DNA from: an uncultured Chloroflexia bacterium
GTDB taxonomy: Bacteria > Chloroflexota > Anaerolineae > CG2-30-64-16
DNA length: 64,000 bases
Assembly (NCBI GenBank): GCA_963774265.1
Contig: CAVZDU010000008.1
Coordinates: 1 to 64,000, forward strand
Reading direction: 5' to 3'
A model generated the notes under the pieces. That model was not told where the DNA came from. It ran no database searches and was given only the letters and a program-made list of their open reading frames with translations. Within the stretch, counting starts at the first letter, position 1. Each line of letters starts with the position of its first letter. Both the position numbers and the translations under genes were made by a program. Shown here piece by piece: positions 32,783-42,849 of the stretch.

Positions 32783-34507
32783 GTGCGTCTTCTGCAACAA
32801 ACGCGCGAGCTTATTCGCATGTTGCTGGCCTGGGTCACAGGCCGACCCTATCAACCCCGCACGGATCCACCGGTCGACGGCAGACCTGCGGCGGCTGATA
32901 TGTGCGGCAACCGAGGTCGCTTTGTGATCGTGCAGATCGATGGGCTGGCACACGAATATCTGCTGCGAAGCGTGGCCGCAGGACACACCCCCCACATCAA
33001 ACACCTCATCGCTCAGGGCTACAAGTTGCAACGTTGGCGTTGCGGCGTACCCTCCTCCACCCCCGCCAGCCAGTCAGGTCTCATGTTCGGCAACAACTGG
33101 GACATTCCAGCGTTCAGATGGTATGAGAAGGAGACCGGCCTCGCGCCGCACTGCAAGTCTCCGATCTTTGCCGCTCGCATCCAAGCTGCAGTCAGGGAAG
33201 ACCGGACAGGCATCCTGGCAGGCGGCTCTTCTTACGGCAACCTGATTGATGGCGACGCCCGCCTGGCGCTGTTCACCCTCTCCGCCATGGGGGGGCAACG
33301 TTTCTTAGAACAACTCCGCGGGCTGGGCTGGGCGCTCCTTTTCGGGTTGATTCCCTGGCGCATCGTGCACATTCTGGTCTTGATCGTGTGGGAGTTGGCG
33401 CGCGACGTTGGACGCACCGTCCGGCTTTGGATCATCAGCGGCTTTCGTCATCGGCTCACCTTGATCAAGCCGGCGCTTCAGGTGCTCACCAACGTTGTTT
33501 TCGGCGAGGTCCAGACCTTTGGCGTGCTGTTGGACATCTTCCGAGGCATGCCTTCGGTTTATGTAAACTTCTATGGTTATGACGAGGTAGCGCACGGCGA
33601 TGGTCCACTTGGCAAGGAGGCGGTGCGCGCGCTACGACGAATCGACAGCTACATCGGAGAGATTGACCGCATCCGGCGCATATATCGTCCGGAGACTGAT
33701 CTGTATATTCTCTCAGATCACGGCATGAGCCCGGCGCTGCCAATTCAGAAAATCGACACAAAGAAGTCACTTGGAAAACTCGTGTCCGAGTCGGTAGCAG
33801 CTACGGTGGCAGCGGACGAGTCCCTTTCGCGGTCGCGTTGGGGGCGTCCAAACGCGGATATATCCGGCGACAGCTACCGGTGGCTGCTGGATGAGCTCGA
33901 CGGCATTGAGGCACACCTATCCCCCCGCGGACAGCGGCTTGCCCGCGCACTGCGTAAGCGGCTGGTGGACCGCCTGCCTCCAGACCCCGACTCTGAATAT
34001 GACTTGGGCAGAGGGGCCGATGTGGTCGTCCGGGTCTCAGGCAACGTAGCACACATCTATTTCAACGTCACGCGCGAGCGGATGGATGTGAGCGAAATCG
34101 CCCTGCTGTATGCCGGGCTGCTTGACGCGCTCAATGATCACCCGGGCATCGGGTTAGTGCTCGCGGTAGAGAACGGACGCCCGGTCGTCGTTTCCTCTCG
34201 CGGTACGTCTGAGTTGACCGCTGAACGCCTCCCCCCTGCTCTGGCTGAGCCGGACCAGTGCACCGCCGACCTGGTGCGACTGCTCAGCTTCCCCCACGCT
34301 GGCGATCTCGTTGTGATCGGTGCGTGGAACGCTCATGGCCGAGTAGTGACCTTCGAAGACCAGAACGCCACGCATGGTGGCGTCGGTGGCCCCCAGGACT
34401 ACCCTTTTTTCCTGACGCCACCGGGCTCCACGCTCGATGTCACCCATGTCACCAATTCCAATCAGATCTACTCCTATTTCATCACCACGTACCACTCTGA
34501 AGCTTGA
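32783..34507 (+). CDS. alkaline phosphatase / nucleotide pyrophosphatase-phosphodiesterase superfamily protein
   Basis: IVQIDGL, SSTPASQ, YDEVAH, LSDHG, HGGVGG; internal hydrophobic segment. Confidence 0.8.
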   Translation: MRLLQQTRELIRMLLAWVTGRPYQPRTDPPVDGRPAAADMCGNRGRFVIVQIDGLAHEYLLRSVAAGHTPHIKHLIAQGYKLQRWRCGVPSSTPASQSGLMFGNNWDIPAFRWYEKETGLAPHCKSPIFAARIQAAVREDRTGILAGGSSYGNLIDGDARLALFTLSAMGGQRFLEQLRGLGWALLFGLIPWRIVHILVLIVWELARDVGRTVRLWIISGFRHRLTLIKPALQVLTNVVFGEVQTFGVLLDIFRGMPSVYVNFYGYDEVAHGDGPLGKEAVRALRRIDSYIGEIDRIRRIYRPETDLYILSDHGMSPALPIQKIDTKKSLGKLVSESVAATVAADESLSRSRWGRPNADISGDSYRWLLDELDGIEAHLSPRGQRLARALRKRLVDRLPPDPDSEYDLGRGADVVVRVSGNVAHIYFNVTRERMDVSEIALLYAGLLDALNDHPGIGLVLAVENGRPVVVSSRGTSELTAERLPPALAEPDQCTADLVRLLSFPHAGDLVVIGAWNAHGRVVTFEDQNATHGGVGGPQDYPFFLTPPGSTLDVTHVTNSNQIYSYFITTYHSEA

Positions 34508-34556
34508 CAGATATCGAGATATGCATAAAATTAGTTTTATATAAATAGAACTAATT
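34504..34556 (+). promoter_or_regulatory. promoter with ArsR-type inverted-repeat operator
   Basis: TTGACA (34504) ... TAAAAT; inverted repeat AATTAGTTTTAT-N4-ATAGAACTAATT (34529-34556) directly upstream of an ArsR gene. Confidence 0.65.
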
Positions 34557-34570
34557 ACACGAGGTGCCCC

Positions 34571-35158
34571 ATGTCCGATGAATCTGTCATGCCCGAGCTT
34601 CTGGAGTTCTTCAAGGCGCTGGCTGAACCGAAACGGCTGCGTATCGTTGGGCTTCTCGCACAGAAAGCCTATACGGGGGAGCAACTGGCCGCGATGCTGG
34701 GATTGAGCGAGGGAACGGTCTCGCACCATGTGTCATACCTGGTCCACGCAGGGCTGGTCTCTGCTGAGGCTCGGAGTTACTACAACACGTATTCGCTGAG
34801 ATTGGACGCGATCCATGCAATCGCCGAGCGGCTACTGAGCCGCGACGAGTTGCCTAAGCTCGCTGCCGATGTAGATGTGGACGCGTACGATCGCAAGGTT
34901 CTGGAGACGTTCACGGATGCAGAGGGTCGCATCAAGCAGTTTCCCGCCCAGCGGAAGAAGTTCGATGTACTGTTAAGGTATGTGCTGAAGGCGTTCGAGC
35001 CTGGGGTGCGGTACACCGAGAAACAGGTGAACGAGATCCTGTCGTTCCATAATGAAGATGTGGCCTATCTGCGACGAAGCCTGGTCGAGTGCAGGTATAT
35101 GGCACGCGAGGGTGGAGGCGGCGCGTATTGGCGGATTGATCAGCAGATGGAGAGCTAG
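34571..35158 (+). CDS. ArsR-family HTH regulator with DUF2087-like C-terminal domain
   Basis: FFKALAEPKRLRIVGLL...TVSHH; FPAQRKK...YTEKQVNEIL...LRRSLVE. Confidence 0.85.
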   Translation: MSDESVMPELLEFFKALAEPKRLRIVGLLAQKAYTGEQLAAMLGLSEGTVSHHVSYLVHAGLVSAEARSYYNTYSLRLDAIHAIAERLLSRDELPKLAADVDVDAYDRKVLETFTDAEGRIKQFPAQRKKFDVLLRYVLKAFEPGVRYTEKQVNEILSFHNEDVAYLRRSLVECRYMAREGGGGAYWRIDQQMES

Positions 35159-35574
35159 CCGGTGCGCTCAGACCGTAGCCGCCAGAAAGCCTGGGTGAGC
35201 CAGGCCGCAACCATAAGCAGGACCAGGCCTGCGGTATCAAATACGATGAACCGGACTATGCTTGCTCGTGCGAGAAGATGATCCGGGGGAAGCGTCAGAA
35301 GAACGAGACTCTCGCCGAGCAAACCAATGGATTGCATGGCGAGAGCCTCATATAGTGCAACCCGGAATCGCACGGGGTGCCACAAGGCAACGGCGTAGGG
35401 CACGTTCCACATCAGGAATAGCACCCCCATCCCTCGAATCATTGCCTCCCCCGTCGCGCCACTCAATTCAAAACCGGCAGCGTATGCAACTGGCGAGGTC
35501 AAGAAGACCAAGGCACATTGAACGTTCCAGATGAACACTGCAGCAATCAGAAGCCGGCCCAGCCACAACCTCAT
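35155..35574 (-). CDS. hypothetical membrane protein (4 TM)
   Basis: RBS GAGGGG; hydrophobic; FLMWNVPY motif. Confidence 0.7.
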   Translation of the reverse strand: MRLWLGRLLIAAVFIWNVQCALVFLTSPVAYAAGFELSGATGEAMIRGMGVLFLMWNVPYAVALWHPVRFRVALYEALAMQSIGLLGESLVLLTLPPDHLLARASIVRFIVFDTAGLVLLMVAAWLTQAFWRLRSERTG

Positions 35575-35691
35575 GAATCCCCCCTCAACCCCGCACGATG
35601 ATGCTACCGGAGCCCGGATTATGACACAATAGAAGCCGCCAGCAAAGAGGTTGCGCATGCCAGGATTGATGACCCAATATCATTTGACCTC

Positions 35692-35720
35692 TTGACAATA
35701 ACACAGGTGTTTGTTATTGT
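35692..35720 (+). promoter_or_regulatory. sigma70 promoter overlapped by a perfect 9-8-9 inverted repeat
   Basis: TTGACA-17-TATTGT; ACAATAACA-caggtgtt-TGTTATTGT (35695-35720). Confidence 0.6.
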
Positions 35721-35778
35721 GTACTCGACAGGACTATACGAAGCGCGACGCAGTATCACTCCTCCCGGAGGCCAAAAT

Positions 35779-36783
35779 ATGTCCGTCGAGCAACCTTTCC
35801 TCTTCGATCCGAGAGCCGAGGAAGAATCGGAATCCCTCGAGGTTGAGGAGGCGCCTTATCCCACGACTCCCGATCGCGTGCTTGCGCCGGCGGCGGTTGC
35901 TCCCGTCGACCTGACTGCGTCTTCCACTTTGGCCCATGCATCCCAGGCTTTCCGCGGACACATGCTGCGCCAAGGCTTCTCCGAGAACACGATCAAGGCG
36001 TTTCAGGCCGATCTGCGGCTGTTTACCCGCCACATAGGTGAAGCTCAAGCCATTGGTAAAATCGCTCAGTCGGATCTGGAGGAATTCATGACCTGGCTGC
36101 GGACCGAGCGCGACGTACCCTGCAGCCCCAAATCATATGCGCGGCGGCTGACAACGCTCAAGGTGTTCTTCGGCTGGCTAGCCGCGGCAGAGGTGCTGGA
36201 TAGAGACCCCGCCGCGCCCCTGATCCACGTCCATCCGACGACACCGTTGCCCGAGATTCTCTCCGACGAACAGATCAACGATCTGCTGCGCGCGACGCGC
36301 GACCTGCTTTGGGCTGCGAAGCCCGACGCACGGCCCTTCTTGCTGATAACCATCTTGCTTCAAACGGGAATCAAGAAGGGCGAATGCATGGAGATTACGC
36401 TGGAGCACATCGACCTGTCGAGCACACAGGCCCCAGTGCTCTTCGTTCGTTACGAAGACCCGCGCAAGGCATTGAAGGAGCGCAGCCTGGGGCTTGGACC
36501 GACTTTTGCTCCGGCATATCGCCAGTACCTGCGCGAGTACCAACCTGAAGAGCGTCTATTTGCGTGTACGGCGCGAAATCTGGAGTACGTGTTGGAAGAA
36601 GCCGCCACGCTGGCTGAGATCCCGGGGGGCTGCTCATTCGAGCAACTGCGCTGGACCTGCGTGGTGCGGGACTACCGGAACGGGATGCCAGCAGCTCAGC
36701 TCCGCCAGAAGATGGGACTGTCGATGATCACGTGGCGTGAGACGCTGCCGAAGATTCAAAAGCTGGCGCGACCCGCATTGTAA
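35779..36783 (+). CDS. tyrosine recombinase (XerC/D)-fold protein with degenerate catalytic residues
   Basis: SAM-like core-binding domain (SENTIKAFQADL, SPKSYARRLTTLKVFFGWL, DPA, LPEILS). Box I reads TGIKKGE, box II FEQLRWT, then MGLS; no catalytic Tyr. Confidence 0.85.
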   Translation: MSVEQPFLFDPRAEEESESLEVEEAPYPTTPDRVLAPAAVAPVDLTASSTLAHASQAFRGHMLRQGFSENTIKAFQADLRLFTRHIGEAQAIGKIAQSDLEEFMTWLRTERDVPCSPKSYARRLTTLKVFFGWLAAAEVLDRDPAAPLIHVHPTTPLPEILSDEQINDLLRATRDLLWAAKPDARPFLLITILLQTGIKKGECMEITLEHIDLSSTQAPVLFVRYEDPRKALKERSLGLGPTFAPAYRQYLREYQPEERLFACTARNLEYVLEEAATLAEIPGGCSFEQLRWTCVVRDYRNGMPAAQLRQKMGLSMITWRETLPKIQKLARPAL

Positions 36784-36801
36784 GGCTCCCCAAGTCCCGA
36801 A

Positions 36802-38186
36802 TCAGCCTGAACCGGTGAGCGGAATCAATTGCAGAATTAGGGCGATGTATTGCTCGTGGATGTCAAGATACGAGCCACTCCAACCCCCAACCGCATAGAT
36901 CTTGTTGTTCAGGGGTGCGGCGGCCAAATTCCGCCATTCACCGGGCATCGGAGTACCCAGGCGCGACCACGCATCGAGTCGCGTGTCATACTGCTCGTTG
37001 TAAGCCTCTGAGCCGTCCCAACCGCCGCCAAGTGCAAACACCTGGGCGCCCACGCCCACCACCGCCAACCCTGCGCGCGCGGCTGTCTCAAAGGCGCCTT
37101 TGCAGCCCAGGCGCGCGACCCCACATCTTCGCTGCGAGGGTCATAAGCCAGCACATCCGTGAGATTTGACCGGCTATCCTGCCCGCCAACCACGTAGAAC
37201 ACGTCCTTGAGCACAGCTGCACCTAAGAACGCGCGTGGCCCTGGCAGAGACGGTCCCTCCGTCCAGGTCTGAGCCGCTGGATCAAAAATCAACGTCTCGG
37301 CACGGAGATGCTGGTCACTCCAACCCCCGAAAAGATACAGCTTGCCGCTCCAAACCACCAAAGCGTAAGCCGTCAGCGGTCGAGGCAATTTAGGACCGAC
37401 CTCCCACCTATCGGTTACTGGGTCGTAAATCTCGAGGACATCGCTCACCCCACCACCGGACGATGTGCCGCCAGGAACGTAGATGCGCCCGTTCAGAAAG
37501 CCTGCTGCGACATTGGCGACAGGAGTAGGCTTTGTGGCAAGAGGCAGCCACCCGTTGGTGCTGGGATCGAACACCGTCAGATCCCCTGTGACACCATCAA
37601 CAGTTTCACCTCCCATCGCGTAAAGGCGCTTCCCGTCGCTGGCGAGCGCCAGGCGGCTGCGCGGCTGAGGCAAGGGCGCGCCCGCGCTCCAACGTTGCGC
37701 AGCAATCCGCTCGGGCGCGGCCAACTGCAGACGGCCCAGGTCGCTAAAAGCGGTAAGCGACGCCGCGTCGCTGCGGGCGCGTCGCCATGAGGGCGCCACT
37801 ACGCCGAACACTGCCAACAATAGCGCCATGAACCCAATCGCGTACTGCCATCGCGCAACAGGGCGACGCACAGGTGCATGCGGCATCAATTCAGGCAGAG
37901 GGATCGGCGGCAGCTCTGGTTCGGCTTCATCCTGGGGAACGACAGGGACCGGTGCGAACACCTCCCCAGGTACCGTCACCCAGCCGCGACGGACTGCCTC
38001 CATGGTCGCTTCAGTGCGAGACTGGACTCCGAGCTTCTCGAAAATATTGCGAAGGTGGACTTTGACCGTGTTCGGGCTGATGACCAGATCGCGCGCGATC
38101 TGCTGATTGGTCGCGCCGGTCGACACCAGCTTAAGCACTTCGAGCTCGCGCTCGCTAAGGTTGCCGAGGTCTTCTGAGATGGTCAT
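36802..38186 (-). CDS. LuxR-type HTH - transmembrane - Kelch beta-propeller protein; apparent frameshift near 37075
   Basis: LSERELEVLKLVSTGATNQQIARDLVISPNTVKVHLRNIFEKLGV; one TM; repeated LYxxGG...YDP...W Kelch units continuing into ORF 36802-37068. Confidence 0.85.
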
Positions 38187-38245
38187 ACAAAGATAACACC
38201 TGGCTGCACCACGGTATGCCGTTGCAGCCAGGTGCAAGGTGAACG

Positions 38246-40799
38246 TTACGCCCAGGTCATCAGGTGCGTGGCGAACGGATTCGGCAGATTGGAATGTTGG
38301 GGCCGAGCGCGCACACCATACGCGAACCGCCCGCTATCGGGCACGTCGAAGGTTGTCTCGTACCGATAGACTCCGTCCGCTCGGCCGACCAAACGCATTG
38401 GCAGCGCCACGGCCTCGATAGCTCGCCCATTACTCTCGCGCACGCAAACCAGCTCCACCGCGATGTCCTCCGGCTGAAGCACGCCGGTTCGCAGCGATGC
38501 CTGGACCACTAGCGGTGCGCCGATGGTCATCTCCCCGCGCTCGGGGCCTACGGCGCTGACAGACACCTGTCCCCAATCGCCCTTCACGCGACTCTCCCAC
38601 GTCGCCAGAGCACGCGCGCCCGCATAGCCATTATCGCCCACCCGACGACCCAGCGCATCGGCCGGAACATAGAACTTAGAGATGTATTCCTTCAGCATCC
38701 GGTCGAAGCTGTAGTCGGGCCCCACCGTCATCATGGACGCGCGCATGATTCTGAGCCACTCCTCGGGGATCCCGCCCTCACTTCGCCGGTAGTAGGTGGG
38801 CACGATCTGGTTTTCCAAAATCGCATAGAGCGATAACGCGTCCGCCTCGTCTTGGGCAGCCTCGTTGGGATACTCGCGCTCTGCGCCGATCGCCCAACCG
38901 TTGGTTCCGTCGTATGCTTCTCGCCACCAACCGTCGAGCACGCTGAAGTTCGGCGCGCCGTTCAGGCCTGCCTTTTCCCCGCTGGTTCCGCTGGCCTCCA
39001 TTGGACGTCGTGGGTTGTTAAGCCAGATATCCACACCTGCGACCAGGTGACGGCCGATGTTGGCATCGTAATCCTCAACAAATATGATCTTACCCGCGAA
39101 GCCCGGCTGCCGGCTGTACTGGTAAACAGACTGAATAAATGCTTTGCCCGGCTCATCCGCGGGATGCGCCTTGCCGGCGAACACGATCTGCACCGGATGC
39201 TCGGGGTCATTAAGGATCCGCTTGAGCCGCTCCTGGTTGCGGAAGATCAAGGTTGCCCGCTTATAAGTCGCGAAGCGGCGTGCAAAGCCGATGGTCAGCG
39301 CATGCGGGTCAAGACCGGAGGCTGCGGAGTTGACGTCTGCGGGCGGCGAGCCCGTACGCAGCAATTGGGCGGCGGTGCGTTCGCGCACCAACTCCAGCAT
39401 CTCCACTTTGGCAGCCTGGTGCTGGGCCCACAACGCCTCATCCGGAATATCCACAACGCCCGCCCAGGTCGAGCGCTGATCGATAGCATCGCGCCAATCG
39501 GGAGCCAAGTGCCGATCCAGCAAGGCTGCAAGTCCGGAATGTAGCCAGGTATCAGTATGGACGCCATTAGTGACATAGTCGATCGGCACTTCGGCTTCGG
39601 ACATGCCAGGCCATAACGACTGCCACATGCGCCGCGACACCTCGCCGTGCAACTCGCTTACACCGTTTGCCAGGCCTGCGGTGCGAAGCGCAAGCACTGT
39701 CATGCTGAACTGAGGCCCCCAGGCGTAGTCCTGACGGCCGAGGCCGAGGAAGCGTTCCCGATCCAGGCCCATTTGGCTCCAATAGTGACCGAAGAAGCGA
39801 TCCATAAGATCGAAACCGAACGCATCATTGCCCGCAGGCACGGGTGTATGCGTCGTAAACAGTGCATTGGAACGCGGCAGACCACAAGGCCGCCTCGAAC
39901 GGCAGCTGTTGGTTCTGGACCAACTCACGGATACGCTCTAGTTGAAGGAACGCGGCATGCCCCTCGTTCATGTGCCAGACCGTGGGATTCAGGCCCAACG
40001 CGCGAAGTGCACGGACCCCGCCGATGCCCAGCACGACTTCTTGCGAGATGCGAATCTGCACATCACCGCCGTATAAGCGTGCCGACAGCTCACGGTCGCC
40101 GGGCGCATTCTGCTCCACATCGGTGTCCATTAGGTAGATAGGCACGCGACCCACCTGGATACGCCATACCTTGGCATACACGGTACGGCCCGGCAGATCC
40201 ACATGGATGAGAACCTGCTCCCCTTTGCCGTTCACGGCAGGCTGTGCCGGCACCTCTGCAAAATCGAGCTTCTCGTAGATCGCTTCCTGACGGCCATCCG
40301 CATCGATGCGTTGCCGGAAGTAACCCTGCGGGTAGAGGAACCCCACAGCTACGAACGGCAGGCCAAGATCGCTGGCGGTCTTGCAGTGATCACCCGCCAG
40401 GATGCCCAGGCCGCCGGAGTAGATGGGCAGGCTTTCATGCAGGCCGAACTCCGCCGAAAAGTAGGCGATACACGGGTCCGCGGTCCCGGGGAGGTGACGA
40501 GCGTGCCAAGTCGTGCCAGGTTCGGGATGCATGTACGCATCGAACGCGGCCATCAGATTGCGATAGCGAGTGAGGTATTGGCCATCCGAGGCGGCCCAGT
40601 CCAACCGGCCCTGACTGACCAGCCGTAAAAACTTCACGGGATTATGGTTGACCCGCTTCCACAAATCCGGGTCGATATCTCGGTACAGCGCCTGCGCTTC
40701 GGGGGTCCAACTCCACCAGAGGTTATAGGCCAGCTCGCTCAGGCGAGCGATCTTCGAATCGGGGGCAGAGTAAACAGCAACATGCCCTAAGGTCTTCAC
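38246..40799 (-). CDS. glgP: alpha-glucan (glycogen/starch) phosphorylase; apparent frameshift near 39880
   Basis: LAYNLWWSW, YSGGLGILAGD, HMNEGH, FTTHTPVPAG, FARRFATYKR, EASGTSGEK, LDGWW. Confidence 0.93.
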
Positions 40800-40984
40800 G
40801 AGTTCTCCTCCAATGTCAACTCATCTTCCTGACCAACCACGGTTAACGAGAAGATGAACGGGCTACGTCCGGTTATTTTAAGAGAGAAAGGCATCTCTGT
40901 CCAATTAGGTCGGAAAGCAGGCGAGTTGCGACGCGTGGTACAATGTCCATTGCGTGCCAACCTACCCTGTTAAAGGAGGGGTTT

Positions 40985-41710
40985 ATGCCTGGAGCCGAGC
41001 AATCCGGTCAACGCAGATATCGTTACCCTGAACAACCGCCGCAGGCGCAACGGCCGCGGCGTTACCTGCTGTTCTACAAACCCTATGATGTCTTGTCAGA
41101 ATTCGACGACGCTGAGGGGCGGATCACGTTGCGGAGTTTCGTGTCCATACCTGAGATGAGCGCGGCCGGCCGGCTCGATCAGGATAGCGAAGGACTGCTG
41201 CTGCTCACCGACGACGGCGAGTTGGCGCATCGCCTCACACACCCCGACTATCACCTTCCCAAGACCTACCTCGTGCAGGTGGAGGGCGTCCCTCTGAAGA
41301 GCGCCCTGGACGCATTGCGCCGCGGCGTGCTGGTCAAAGGTATCACTACTGAGGCGGCTGAGGTGGATCTTCTGGAGGATGCACCGGATCTACCGCCGCG
41401 CAGCACGCCAGTGCGCGAGAATCCCGCGGTCCCGATTGCATGGCTCCGCATCGTCATCCGGGAGGGTAAGAAGCGCCAGATACGGCACATGACGGCAGCC
41501 GTGGGGCATCCCACGTTACGCCTGGTGCGCGTGGCTATTGGCCCGCTGACCCTGCGAGGACTGGCCCCGGGTGAATGGCGCGACGTCACGCCGGAGGAAC
41601 TGGGGAAACTACACCGCAGCCTGCGCGCAGCCCAGAAGACGCCCCAAAGCACGCCCAAAGCATCCAGGAAAGGCCGGGAATTCGCGCGGCGGCCGGCGCG
41701 ACGGCGTTAG
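40985..41710 (+). CDS. RsuA/RluE-family rRNA pseudouridine synthase
   Basis: FYKPYDVLS, GRLDQDSEGLLLLTDDG, KTYLVQVEG, EGKKRQIRHM. Confidence 0.92.
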   Translation: MPGAEQSGQRRYRYPEQPPQAQRPRRYLLFYKPYDVLSEFDDAEGRITLRSFVSIPEMSAAGRLDQDSEGLLLLTDDGELAHRLTHPDYHLPKTYLVQVEGVPLKSALDALRRGVLVKGITTEAAEVDLLEDAPDLPPRSTPVRENPAVPIAWLRIVIREGKKRQIRHMTAAVGHPTLRLVRVAIGPLTLRGLAPGEWRDVTPEELGKLHRSLRAAQKTPQSTPKASRKGREFARRPARRR

Positions 41711-41782
41711 GGGCGCACTCCTGTGCGAACCTCAACAAATTCGCCGGCATCCGGTCGTGGCGCTTTCGCCGCGCCTCTGGTG

Positions 41783-42820
41783 CTATCTGACAACGGAGGA
41801 CAGCGTGACCGGCTCCTGTGCGCGTGATGAGCGATAAATCGCCTCGACGACCTCCAGGCTGCGGCGGCCTTCGAGGCCATCAATGAGCGGCCGGCCGCCT
41901 GAGCGGATAGCCTCAGCAAAGTCACGGAAAAGGGCGCCGTGTGCTGCCGCAGTGATGTCCATGGGCCTTGTTGCGCCACTGCTGGCCGCAGTGCGCTTCT
42001 CGCCATCCTCTTTAGGGTCGATGAAGTGCCATTCCAACCGGCCTTCTCCCTTGTGATAGACCACGCCGCCGTGCGTGCCGTAAAACTCCAAACGCTCACT
42101 GTAACCAGGGTAGGCGACTGTCGTAGCCTGGAGCAGGCCCATCGCGCCGTTGGGATATTCCAGCATCGCCACAGCGCCATCTTCCACTTCGATCTCATGA
42201 TTCAGCGTACGCGTCTGAGCGGTAAGCCGGGATGGCATGCCTGCAACCCAGACGAACAAGTCAATCGCATGGATGGCCTGGTTAATCAGAACACCGCCAC
42301 CCTCCTCGGCCCACGTACCGCGCCAGGGCTTGCTGCGGTAATAGGCGGCATCCCTATACCACACTGTGTTGGAGCTGGCCCATAGCAGCCGGCCCAGCCG
42401 GCCATTGCTCACCATATCCCTCAAGTCGGTTACCAACGCCTCAAAACGGCCCTGGAAGGTCACGCCCAGCAACACGCCGGCCCGGTCACACGCATCGATC
42501 ATTTCATCGCACTCAGCAACACTACGCGCCATCGGTTTCTCACATAGCACGTGCTTGCCCGCGGCTGCGGCATCCACTGTCATGGGGAGATGCAGATTGT
42601 GCGGAGAGGCGATAGCAACGACGTCAACATCTGGTCGAGCCAGCACCTCGTGATAGTCGGCGTACCAATCGGCTCCGTGCTCAGCGGCGAACGCCTGCCC
42701 GCGCTGTGGATTGCGCGTGGCGACGGCCGTCAACTTAGCGTCAGGGATTTCTCGGATAGCCGCGGCGTGCACCGGTGCAATATTGCCGACGCCGATGATG
42801 GCGAAGTTAAGTCTTTTCAC
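41783..42820 (-). CDS. Gfo/Idh/MocA family oxidoreductase
   Basis: IIGVGNIA, GKHVLCEKPMA, GGGVLINQAIHAID. Confidence 0.92.
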   Translation of the reverse strand: MKRLNFAIIGVGNIAPVHAAAIREIPDAKLTAVATRNPQRGQAFAAEHGADWYADYHEVLARPDVDVVAIASPHNLHLPMTVDAAAAGKHVLCEKPMARSVAECDEMIDACDRAGVLLGVTFQGRFEALVTDLRDMVSNGRLGRLLWASSNTVWYRDAAYYRSKPWRGTWAEEGGGVLINQAIHAIDLFVWVAGMPSRLTAQTRTLNHEIEVEDGAVAMLEYPNGAMGLLQATTVAYPGYSERLEFYGTHGGVVYHKGEGRLEWHFIDPKEDGEKRTAASSGATRPMDITAAAHGALFRDFAEAIRSGGRPLIDGLEGRRSLEVVEAIYRSSRAQEPVTLSSVVR

Positions 42821-42849
42821 CCTTGTTTCTCCTCATCAACTGTTCGCTG

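Noticed and set aside
35701-35712. LexA (GAAC-N4-GTTC) box
   Set aside because: ACAC-AGGT-GTTT has three mismatches; the wider 9-8-9 inverted repeat explains the symmetry better.
35779-36783. Integrase marking a prophage or genomic island
   Set aside because: Catalytic residues are missing, and there are no flanking att repeats, tRNA, phage genes or compositional shift.
40821-40857. Inverted repeat TCATCTTC...GAAGATGA upstream of glgP
   Set aside because: Only 8 bp with a long loop and no U-tract; not enough support to call a regulatory element.
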